The notes beneath the pieces are model-generated. The model had not been told where the DNA came from and did not search any database. It saw nothing but the letters and a program-made list of their open reading frames with translations. This document shows, piece after piece, positions 32,302 to 42,638 of a stretch of 64,000 nucleotides of DNA. A program made the translations under genes and the position numbers. The first letter of the stretch is position 1, and every line of letters starts with the position of its first letter. Source of the stretch: Rebecca billardiae RCC1528 (lineage: Eukaryota > Protista > Haptophyta); assembly GCA_965240325.2 (NCBI GenBank), contig OZ251232.1, positions 558,001 through 622,000 on the forward strand. Direction: 5' to 3'.

Positions 32302-34581
32302 CTACGACTGGCTCTTTGGCATCGCCTTATTCGAGGCTGCCGGCAGCACCGCCTGCTCGCGCAGCTGCGACGTGAGCTCGTCAAGCTTCTGCTGCAGCCC
32401 GTCGAGCTTGTTGTCGGTCGCGGCAGCCTCGGCCTCCGCATTCAACGCGCCCTCCTGCACGAGTACCAGGTTCCAGACAACAAAGGCCGGCAGGCCGTAC
32501 CCCTCGAGCAGCTGCTTCGCCTGCGCGAGATTCACGTGCCGAGACTTCTTCGAGAGCTTGTAGAAGCCCTCCTCGGCGACGCGCGCCTTGGCGTACACCT
32601 GCCGGTCGACGACCGCCCAGTACCGGCCGAGGCGCAGCTGCACGCTGATGTCGGTCCAGATGTAGTTGGACATCTTCGCGCGCTCGGAGACGAGCGCGTA
32701 GCTGTCGAGCAGGATGGCGAGCAGCACGTTGATCAGCATGAGCGAGGAGAGCACGAACCACAGCCAGTAGAATATGTGGCCGGCGACGGGCGCGACGCGC
32801 TGGATGTCGGTGAACGAGACGGTGTCGTCGAAGACGATCGTCGAGAACATCTGGTTGACGGATTTGGGGTAGGAGGAGAAGGTGGCGAGCTCGTGCCCGA
32901 GCAGGTTGTGCCCGACGAACGCGAAGAGCAGCAGGATGATCACGAACACGACGAGAAAGTGTGCCAACGCCGCGTAAGCCTTGATGAGCGTCGACGTGAC
33001 GAGCGAGAACTGCTCGTGGAACGCGAGGAAGCGGAAGAGGCGCACCGTGAGCAGCAGCAGCATCACGCTCTGCACGATGGTGATCGCGACGAAGTCCGCC
33101 TCGGCGAACTCCAGGTGCTCGAGCAGCTCGAGCCACTCGGTCCACGTCGTGTGCTCGTTCGTGTCGAGCGTGAGCTCGTGCTCCGTGTACGCCCACACCC
33201 GGAAGCGCGCGCCCTCGACCGAGAGCACCACCCACAGCATGATGTTGGCGATCACGGCGAGGTGCGAGGCGACGTCGAGCAGCAGCCAGCCGGCGTTGAG
33301 CAGGCCCTTCTGCCTCCAGCGCAAGGCCGTCTCGCGCACGTAGAAGCACAGCAGCCCCAGGTACAGCGCCTCGATCACCGCGCGCACCCAGTCGCGCGGC
33401 TTTGAGTACTCGTTGCGCAGTGGCGCGGTGAGCGTGTGCAGCGACACCTCCGACTGCCCGCCGAGCTCCCACTCGAGGGTGACGCGCACGAGCGTCCACA
33501 GCTCGTGGTGCCCGTTGTACGAGCCGTACTCGATCTCCAGGCGCTTCGCCGACGTGTCGATCCAGCCCCACCGCCGCGCCTCCTCCAGGTGGCACACGCC
33601 GTCGTCCGACGGCAGCCGCCACAGCCCGAGGTCGATCGGCATCACGTACGCGTGGTGCTCGGGGAGGTACTCCTTCCAGATGGGCGGGTGGCTCTCGGAC
33701 GCGTGGAACATGTGCGTGTGGTTCTCGAGCGTCTCGGAGTAGCACTCGGGGTACACGTCGTGCCGCAGCGGGTCGTCGTCGCCCGTGCCGTGCTCGCAGT
33801 GCACCGCCTGCCGCCGCACGAGCTTGACAAAGAGCGGCGTGCCGATCCGGTTGTACCCAAACTTGTGCGAGGCGTGCACCTCCTCGTAGTCGTCGGCCTC
33901 GACGCCCTTCTTGAACGCCTCCCAGCGGCAGCACGAGGGGATCTCGTGCGAGTCGCACACGTCGCCGCCCGCCTCGGAGAGCCGGCGGCGGTCCGAGCCG
34001 CGCAGCGCGCGCCGATGGCCGCCGCCGCCGTCGTCCGTCGAATTCTCGCCGTACTTGTTGATGTCGACGATCACCTCGTGGTTGTCGTCGTGCAGCTCGA
34101 CAACGGCCGCCTCGACCCAGTCGAGCACCTGGTCTGGATCCAGCCCGAGCGTGTCGTACGTCGAGCCGTCGTCCGTCTGGATGTGCTCGATGCGAGCGCG
34201 CAGCGCGGCGTCAACCTCGTGCGCATGCGGCACGTAGTACTGGAACGAGACGAGGACGCAGGTGAGGAGGCAGAAGAAGAGGTAGAGCAAGAGCGAGAGA
34301 AACCCCGAGCGGTTCGAGTCGACCCGACTGATCGAGCGGCGTACCTCGTCGGCGCGCGTGACCGTCTTCTGCAGCCGGCGCACGACGTAGCCGCGGTGCG
34401 CCGCCTGCAGCTTGGCCGCGGCCCGCGGCCCGGCGTCGCCGCCGCGCGAGCCGCGGCGCATCATGAAAGACGAGAGCTTCTTCGAGCCCATACGGTTCCC
34501 CGACGCGAGGCGCGTGGGCGGGTGCGTCGTGTAGGACCCATCGTCCGCGGGCTCGATCGGAGCAGCACCGCGCTCCGACAT
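32302..34581 (-). CDS. PKD2: Polycystin-2 (TRPP) cation channel with N-terminal IQ motif
   Basis: S1, large extracellular polycystin domain (GWIDTSAK..YN), S2-S6 (RLFRFLAFH, FAFVGHNLLG, LINVLLAILLDSY), C-terminal coiled coil; intronless. Confidence 0.9.
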   Translation of the reverse strand: MSERGAAPIEPADDGSYTTHPPTRLASGNRMGSKKLSSFMMRRGSRGGDAGPRAAAKLQAAHRGYVVRRLQKTVTRADEVRRSISRVDSNRSGFLSLLLYLFFCLLTCVLVSFQYYVPHAHEVDAALRARIEHIQTDDGSTYDTLGLDPDQVLDWVEAAVVELHDDNHEVIVDINKYGENSTDDGGGGHRRALRGSDRRRLSEAGGDVCDSHEIPSCCRWEAFKKGVEADDYEEVHASHKFGYNRIGTPLFVKLVRRQAVHCEHGTGDDDPLRHDVYPECYSETLENHTHMFHASESHPPIWKEYLPEHHAYVMPIDLGLWRLPSDDGVCHLEEARRWGWIDTSAKRLEIEYGSYNGHHELWTLVRVTLEWELGGQSEVSLHTLTAPLRNEYSKPRDWVRAVIEALYLGLLCFYVRETALRWRQKGLLNAGWLLLDVASHLAVIANIMLWVVLSVEGARFRVWAYTEHELTLDTNEHTTWTEWLELLEHLEFAEADFVAITIVQSVMLLLLTVRLFRFLAFHEQFSLVTSTLIKAYAALAHFLVVFVIILLLFAFVGHNLLGHELATFSSYPKSVNQMFSTIVFDDTVSFTDIQRVAPVAGHIFYWLWFVLSSLMLINVLLAILLDSYALVSERAKMSNYIWTDISVQLRLGRYWAVVDRQVYAKARVAEEGFYKLSKKSRHVNLAQAKQLLEGYGLPAFVVWNLVLVQEGALNAEAEAAATDNKLDGLQQKLDELTSQLREQAVLPAASNKAMPKSQS

Positions 34582-34695
34582 GAAGCTCCCGGGCGGGCTG
34601 TTGTGATCGCCGCCGTTCCCGATCGAGAGCTTCTGATCGGCGTCTCCGCCGGAGCAAAACCGACGAAGATCATATGCCGGCCGGAGGAGGGGTGG

Positions 34696-35756
34696 GAGGC
34701 CACTTCACCGAAATCCAGGTTGGGGAGGATCTCCGCTGCACTGGTGGGGAGGATGTCATCCTCCCCGCTCGCCACGGCTGGGGAGGATGTCCGCCGCGCT
34801 GTCCGGTCTTTCGCCGCTGACAAAACTTTCGAAAACGAAAGTCGCGCCATGGCGGACCCGGTGTTCCCGCCCGGCGGCGAAAGGGGCGCGGGGCCGGTGG
34901 CTCGCGATCCGAAGGGCAGTAGCTCGCGACCTCGCTTGGGCGGTGGCAGCGGCGCTGTGGCACGGCGTGTACCATCCGCGCGGCTGTGCGCGATCGCGCG
35001 GTCCCGTTCGTCGCCACGCCGCGCGCGACCGTTCACGCCACAGTCTTTCCGCACTGGCATGCACCCGTTGCAAGCGCATGACGGCGGAGAGCTCAGAGAG
35101 CCCGTCACGCGCGTGACGACCGTGTGGGATGGGTTGTACAGCTTGTCTTCATGTTCAGGGAGGCACGCGCCGGCCCATGAGGCGGGCATGAGGATCATGG
35201 ACGGCTGCTGTACTGTCCACAACTCCATGGCCGTGTGGCTTTCAGCAGTTAGGAATGGTCTGAACGTTGGATGGGCTCATCAGAAAGCCTACGAAGGGCA
35301 GCCTTCATATCGGCACAACCCATCCCACACGGTCGTCACGCGCGTGACGGGCTCTCTGAGCTCTCCGCCGTCATGCGCTTGCAACGGGTGCATGCCAGTG
35401 CGGAAAGACTGTGGCGTGAACGGTCGCGCGCGGCGTGGCGACGAACGGGACCGCGCGATCGCGCACAGCCGCGCGGATGGTACACGCCGTGCCACAGCGC
35501 CGCTGCCACCGCCCAAGCGAGGTCGCGAGCTACTGCCCTTCGGATCGCGAGCCACCGGCCCCGCGCCCCTTTCGCCGCCGGGCGGGAACACCGGGTCCGC
35601 CATGGCGCGACTTTCGTTTTCGAAAGTTTTGTCAGCGGCGAAAGACCGGACAGCGCGGCGGACATCCTCCCCAGCCGTGGCGAGCGGGGAGGATGACATC
35701 CTCCCCACCAGTGCAGCGGAGATCCTCCCCAACCTGGATTTCGGTGAAGTGGCCTC
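34696..35756. mobile_element. Foldback / non-autonomous DNA transposon with 442-bp terminal inverted repeats
   Basis: Arms 34696..35137 and 35315..35756 read as exact reverse complements around a 177-bp spacer. GGTGG is duplicated on both flanks (34691..34695, 35757..35761). Four subterminal GGGGAGGAT sites per arm. Confidence 0.85.
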
Positions 35757-35904
35757 GGTGGGTAAGCGGTGGGTGGCTCGGAATGTCATTTGACTTTATT
35801 TCCGAGACTTCGGCGGTTCGGCCGCTGATCGGAAATTCGGATTTGAGATTGGAGAGTCAACACGTCCGGGCGCCGCGCTGCGGACCCGGAACGGCTCCTC
35901 ATCC

Positions 35905-38900
35905 ATGACTCTGGCTTGCGCCCGGCCCGTAACGGCGCTTGACTGCGATGGCGCCCTGCCGCTGGGCGAGCCAGTAAGGTGGGCAGGCCCCTTGCCGATG
36001 AGCTCGGTCCACGGGCAGCCGGCGGTGGCGAGCGGGCCGTTCGCGGCGGCGGGCCCGCCGCGGATGCCCGCGCCGCCGCAGCGCGCGCACCGCACCTGGC
36101 GCCGCGAGCCGCCGGCCAAGGCCGCCGAGCACATCGAGCGCTTTGCGCACGCGCAGCTCGCGGGGCCGCCGCCGTCGACGGCGGGCGGGAGCGTGGCCAT
36201 CCCGGGCCGCGCGGTGCCGGGCTCGCCGCCCAAGCAGTTCCGCTCGTCGCTCAACGAGCTCGAGGTGCAGGCGCTGCAGGACGAGTACGACGCCGACCCG
36301 TTTGGCGAGCGCGGCTCGGCGCTCACCGTGACGCGCACGCTCAAGTGCTGGGCGCTGCTCGAGCGCCTCGGCGACATCCGCGGCCCGTCGCAGGGGCTGC
36401 TGCGCAAGATGCTCGCGATGCTCAAGCCGGCGGTGTTCACCACCGACGACACCGACGAGGAGGGCAACGCCGTGCCGCACTTTGCCGTGATCGAGCGCGC
36501 GGAGGCGCGCGTGCGCAAGGAGCGTGACGAGCACAACGTGCGCTCGGCAGCCGCGCCGCGGGCCGCCGCCGCGCGCCGCCGCCGCGCGCCGCCGCCCGAG
36601 CGGGCGCGCACGCCCACGCGCCGGTGCCCCTCTCACGCCCCCGCGCGCGCGCTCGCCCGCCGCTCGCCCGCCGCCCGGCGTGCTGCGCGCAGGAGCTGCG
36701 CAAGCGCATCGCGCAGCTGGAGGCGGAGAACCTCGGCCTCACCGCCAAGTGCACCGAGCTGTACAACAAGCTGACCACGGAGGGCGAGGCGTGGGAGTCG
36801 GTGGCGCGGGTGCACGACGATCTGTCGCACGTGCTCAAGGAGAAGGACGAGCGGATCGCCACGCTCGAGCGCCGCGTCACCGCCGCGCTCGACGAGGTGG
36901 AGGAGGTGCGTGAGCAGGGGATGCGCGAGCGGCAGCAGCTGCACGAGCAGTACACGCGCGCGCTCTGGCACACGCAGCAGACGCAGAAGGAGCTGCAGGC
37001 GCAGATGACGGTGTCGATCCCGACGGTGGAGTACGAGGCGCTGCTGCTCAAGCACGACCGGCTGCTCGACCAGCACCGCACGCTGCAGCAGAAGTACGCG
37101 GCCGAGGCGAAGGAGGCGCGCGTCAACCTCAACATGCTGCTCTCGACGCAGACTGACCTCGCCGCGCGCGGCCGGCAGCTGCGCGAGGTGACGCGCGCGC
37201 GCACGCCGAGGCCGGAGTGGGAGGAGGTGCGCGAGGCGCTCGCCGCGCTGCCGCCGCTCCCGCTCGCCTCGCAGCCCAGCCTGCTCACCGAGGCCGAGCA
37301 CGTGCGCGCCGGCACCGCCAACCAGAACGCGGATCGCGCGCCGCTCGGCGGGCGCGCGAGCATCGCCGCGCCGCCCGGCGGCGGCGGCGGCGGCGGCTCG
37401 CGGAGCGGCGCGGGCTCGCCCACGCCGGCGGTGGGCTCGCGCCCGCGCAGCGGCGCGCGCTCGCCCGCCCGGCGCGGCGCGGGCGCCGACGTCGCCGCGG
37501 AGGAGTCCGCCCTGCTCTTCACGCCGGTCGTGTCGTCGGCCGTGCGGCTGCAGGAGCTGCTCGCGCAGCTGAGAGCGGTGTGGGCGGCGATGGGCGAGCA
37601 CGCGGCGGCGCGCGCGTACACGTCGGCGTACCTGCCGCCGCTCGCGCCGCGCGGGCCCGACGGCACCGCCGCGCTCAAGCTGCCGCCGTACCTGCAGCAC
37701 GACGAGCCGGTGCCCAACCAGTGCGCGCCTGCGCCCGCGCGCGGAGGCGCGCGCTCGCTCGACCGCGCGCGCGTGCGGGCGGGCGGGCGTGCGCGCGCGC
37801 GCGCGCTCGCCCTCCGCGCCGCGCTGAGCCCGCGCGCCGCTCGCCCCCTCCCCCGCGCCTTGCGCAGGCGCTGGACGCGGCGCCAGCTCATCCACGTCGT
37901 GCGCGACCTCTGGTCCAAGTACGCGCGCGTGATGGACGCGGCGCGCACGGCCAAGGCGGCCGAGCTGGCGGAGGCGGCGCGCGCCGAGCAGGAGCGGCGC
38001 GAGGCGGCGCGCGAGGCGCAGGAGCGCGAGGCGGAGGCGGCGCGGCGCGAGGCGGAGGTCGACGAGGGCCCCGCCTCCGCGCGCTCCAGCCGCGCCGCCG
38101 CCGGCCCGCGCACCGCCGACGGCGGGCGCTTCTCCTCGGCGGCCATCAAGGCGTCGGAGGCGCTCGCCGGTCAGTCGGACGCGCTCGCAGTCGCGTCGCC
38201 GGCGAGCTCGCGCGGGGCCTCGTCCGCCGCGTCGCCGCAGAGCAGCCGGCGCGAGCCGGCGCGCGAGCCGATGCCGCACGTGCCCACCGCCGACGAGCTC
38301 GAGCTGCCCATGCCGTTCGGCGCGTGGTTCGAGTCGTACTTTGCGGTGCTGGCGGAGGTGCGCGGAGCGCCGAGGGCGAGTGCGTGGGCGGCCAACCTCG
38401 TGAACGCGTGCAAGCTGCACCGCGGGCTGCCCGAGGTGGAGGCGTTCTACCAGACGCTGCGCGGCGAGGGGCGGTTCGAGCAGTCCGCCATCGAGCTCGT
38501 CCGCCTGCTCGACGGCTTCGTCGGCGCGCTCGCCGAGGCGGACGCCGAGTCGCAGGACGGGCGCGGCGGCGCGAGCCGGCGCGTGCCGCTGCGCGGAGAC
38601 GGGCCGAGCGGCGGCGCCAAGCGGCTGTCGGGCGTGCTGCCGAAGCACGGCGTGCTCTCGATCGCGCTGAACCAGCTCGCCGGCGCCGTCCCCGAGTCCG
38701 TCGTCGAGGAGGTCCTCGTCTCCCTCGCCAACGAGATGCCCGGCGAGCCGCCCTCGCTGCAGCCGTACCGCTCGCTCTTCCGCGTGCCGACGGACGGCTA
38801 CCTGCTGGAGGAGGAGGCGGGCGCGCAGGGGGAGGGGAAGGGGGAGGAGGAGGGCGCGGAGGGGCACGCGGGCTCGGCGGCGGCGCTGGCCGCGCCCGCG

Positions 38901-41900
38901 TCCAAGCGCACCAGCCGGGACGCGCGGCGCAGCGGCGGCGCGCCCGAGGACCTGCCCGCCGCCAAGTTCGACGAGGGCTCGACCGCGATCGCTCTGATTG
39001 TGCACGCGCACTTTGCCGCCTCCGTGCCGCTGGCGCATCTGGTCGAGAGGTCGCTGCAGGCGGCGGACGCGGGGCGGACGGGGACCGCGAGCGCGCGCGC
39101 GGTGGCCGCCGCGCTCGCCGGCGCAGACCCGCTCCGCCCCGAGCCCGACGCGGAGGAGCTGCTCGGCGCCGTCTTTGGCCTGCCGCCGGGCGCGCAGCGG
39201 CCGCGCACGGGGACGCGCCTGGCGATTGATGACGCGGTGCGCAGGCTGCACGAGGCGCGCGCGCGCCCGACGGCGAAGGCGCCCAAGGGCGGGGCGCGCG
39301 AGAAGCGCGAGCTGCGCGGGTCGGGCCGGACGAGCCTCGCGCAGAGCCGCGCGCTCGCCGAGGCGCAGCGCAAGCAGGCCCGCGAGCGGCTCATCTCCAA
39401 GCTGTCTGCGCCACTCGGGCTGCCGGCGGGTGGGGCGATGCTCGGCGCGAGCGGGGCGCGCCGCTCGCGCTCGCCCACGTCCAAGCTGGAGGTGGGCGCG
39501 GACGGCGGGCTGAGCGTGCTCGGCGGCGGCGTGGTGTCGATCTTGCAGGAGAAGCAGCAGGCCGCCGCCGAGGCCGAGGCCGCCGCGAAGGAGGCCGCCG
39601 CCGCCGCGGCGGAGGCGGAGGCGGACGGCGGCGGCGGCGCCCGCGGCGCGCTGAGCGCGCCCAGGGCTGGCGGCAAGTCCAAGCCGAGCACGCCCGCCGC
39701 GTCGCTCGCGGCGCCGGGCGGCGGCTCGGCGGGCGGCAAGCCGCACTCCGCGGGCGCCGCGCGCGCCGGCGCGCCGCGCCGCGTGGGCAGCAACCCGCTG
39801 GAGGAGCGCGCGCGCCGGCAGAAGCTGCTCGAGGTGAGAGGCACGCGCTCGACCGGCGGCAGCCGCGGCGCCGAGCGGCGCGGCGGCGGCAGCGCGTTGG
39901 AGCGGGCGACGACGCACGCGGAGCTGCTGAACGAGGACCCGAACGAGCTCTCGTTCGTCGCGCGGCAGCTGCGCGAGGCCGAGCTCCGCCGGTTCAAGGA
40001 GCAGGAGGCGCAGCAGGAGGCGGCCCCCAAGCCCAAGCGCACGATCAAGGCGATCACCAAGTCCTCCGCCTTCCGCTTCCTGCAGCCGACCGCGCGCTCG
40101 ATCCAGCGGCTCAAGGAGGCGGAGGACGCGCGCGCGGCGCTGGCGGCCGCGGCGGAGGCGGCGGCGAAGCTCGCGCGGCAGCGCGAGCTCGCCGCAGCCG
40201 CCGTCGCCGCGGTGCACGCCGCGGAGGAGGAGGCGGCCGCCGCGCACCTCCACCCGCACGCGCAGGCGCAGGGGCCGCACTCGCAGAGGCACTCGGATGC
40301 GCACCTGCACGCCGACGGCGGCAGCCCGGCGCAGCACGGCGTGCGCTCGAGCCGGCTGTCGCACGCGTCGCACGCGTCGCACGCGTCGCACACCGCCGTG
40401 CACGGCGAGTCGCGCGGCGGGCCGCGCGCAGACGAGTGGGCGGAGCTGGACGCGGAGGTGAAGGCCATCGCGGCAGAACGGGAGCTCGAGCTGGCGCGCA
40501 GAGAGAAGGGGCACGGCGGGGGCTCGCCGCGCTCGCCCGGCGGGCGGCGGCGCTCCGGCGGCTCGCCGCGCTCGCCCGGCAGACGGCACCACCGCGCGTC
40601 CGGCGGGCCGCACTCGCCCGGGCGGCACCGGCGCGCCTCTGGCGGCCGCTCCCCGGGCGGCACGGCGTACGACGCGGAGAACGACCCGTTCTGGTCGCAC
40701 ATCCTCGACTCGGAGGGGGGCAGGGGCGGAGGGAGGAGGATCGGGCTGGACTCGGACGAGGACGAGGCAGAGCACGAGGCGGGCGCGGAGGAGCGCAGGC
40801 GGCGGCGCGCGGCGCTCACCGCCTCGGCGCTCTCTCAGCCCGGGCCCTCCGAGTGGAATGTCTCGGTGGCCATCGAGTCAGCGCCCGCTGTCGACCTGCT
40901 CGTCCCGCCGCCTCCACCGCAGCCGCAGCCGCCGCCGGGGCAGGGCGAGGGCGCGCCCGCCGCGGAGGAGCAGACCGCCTCGTTCGCCAAGCGCGACTCG
41001 AAGCGCGCCACAGAGGAGGCGTGGTACGAGCGGCTGGCGCGCAGCCGGCGGCTGCAGGAGGACGCGGCCGCGCGCCGCGCCGCCAACGAGAAGGAAGCGG
41101 CGCAGTGGCGCTCGGGCGTGATCCGGATGGCGCCCGCCACGTTCGTGGTGCCCAAGGTGGGCAGCACGGACGACGGCAGGCCGCCGCCGATCGCGCAGGG
41201 GCTGCTACCGCCCGCGCCGCCCGACGGTGACGGGCAGCCGCCGCAGATGCGGCTGAGCCCGGCCGCGCGCAAGGACACAGCCGTCGTCCGCCCGCGCGCC
41301 GTGTTCCCCGCGCCGGGCATGGGCGGGCAGTCGGGCGGCGCCTCCATCGAGCATCGGTACCGACTCGACCCGGACGCGATGGCGGAGGGCGCCGGCGGTG
41401 GTGGCGTGTCGGTGCCGCCCTCGCCCGCGAGCGCGGCCGCGTCGTTTGCGCACCCAAGGCACAGCGGGGCCTCGCACTCGCCCAGCCCCACGCTGCGCTC
41501 GCCCGCGCCCAGCGGCGGGCTGCGCTCGCCTGCGCCCGGCGGCAGCATGCGCTCGCCCGCGCCGGGGCCCATGCGCTCGCCCGCGGCGGAGGGCGGCAGC
41601 GCGCGCTGGCCTGCAACGGGCGGCAGAGAGCGGCTGCCGACGCACAGCGAGAGCATGCGCTCGCCCGCGCCGCGCTCGCCCGCGCCGTACGAGCTGGGCG
41701 CGGCGCGGCACGGCAACAGCTTCGCCGGCTCACACTCGCCGCCGCCGCGCTCGCCCAAGCCGCTCCTGGCCGCGCGCTCCCCGCCCAGCCCGTTCGGCCG
41801 AGCAGAGCCGCAGCAGCCGCAGTCCGACGGGCAGCCCGCCGCGTACCTCACGGTGGACCAGATGGCGAGGGAGATGCGGAGGCAGCGCGCGGCGCGGGAG

Positions 41901-42389
41901 CGAGCGGCAAACGGCGGCGCGGAGGGCCGCCGCTCCGAGTCGCCCAGCCGGCTGCCGCCCGTCGACCCGCCCGCCCCACCGCCGGGGCGGTCGGGCGGTG
42001 CTGGCAGCAGCAGCGGCGGTGGCGGTGGGATGTTTGCTCCGTTCAGAGAGGCGGCGGGGATGCAGCAGCAGCAGCGGCAGCAGCAGCAGCAGCAGCACCG
42101 CGGGTACCTGGGGGTGGGCGGGGCGGGCGGGAGCGCGTCGTTCGCCGGGCCGGGCCGCGCGCAGCCACCGCCGACGCACAGCCTGCCCGGCTCGTTCACC
42201 TCCGCGCTCGGCGGCTTCACCAGCCCCTCCGTCTCGCTCTCGCCCTCGGCGGGGCCGTCCGCGGCAGCATCGCCCGCGCCCTCGCCCGCGCGCGCGAGGC
42301 CGAGCGAGCCGGGCGTGAACCTGCCCAAGATCGAAAAGAAAAGCGGGAAGAAGCGCGAGAAGCGCGGCAAGGAGCACCGCCATCACTGA
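35905..42389 (+). CDS. TSNAXIP1-like coiled-coil (ciliary) protein with long disordered C-terminus
   Basis: Exons 35905 (or 35998)..36537, 36693..37720, 37868..42389. Coiled coil ending TPRPEW, then PPYLQHDEPVPNQRWTRRQLIHVVRDLW and WAANLVNACKLH..FYQTLRGE, which resemble TSNAXIP1 motifs. Confidence 0.62.
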
Positions 42390-42638
42390 GCAGACGAGCG
42401 CGCGAGGCACGCCTGATGACGATTATAGTCGCGGCCGTCCGAGTGAGGAGTGGACGGTGGAGAGCTTGCCAGCCTCCGGGAGGTGTGTGTGTGTCAACTA
42501 AACGGAAAACTAACGATCCGGTAGCCATCAATCTGAGTCCGGGAGGCCGAGAAATCCGGGCGCATTTTTCGGCTTGGCGGCTTGATGGCGCGAAAATCGA
42601 AAGTGAACCGCAAAAGCGGACCACACAGCTCGCGAGGA

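Noticed and set aside
33436-35793. 785-aa plus-strand ORF
   Set aside because: Antisense shadow of PKD2 running into the foldback element; no recognisable domain or DDE motif.
36633-40775. 1380-aa minus-strand ORF and many other overlapping Arg/Ala-rich ORFs
   Set aside because: High GC suppresses stop codons; these shadow better-supported genes.
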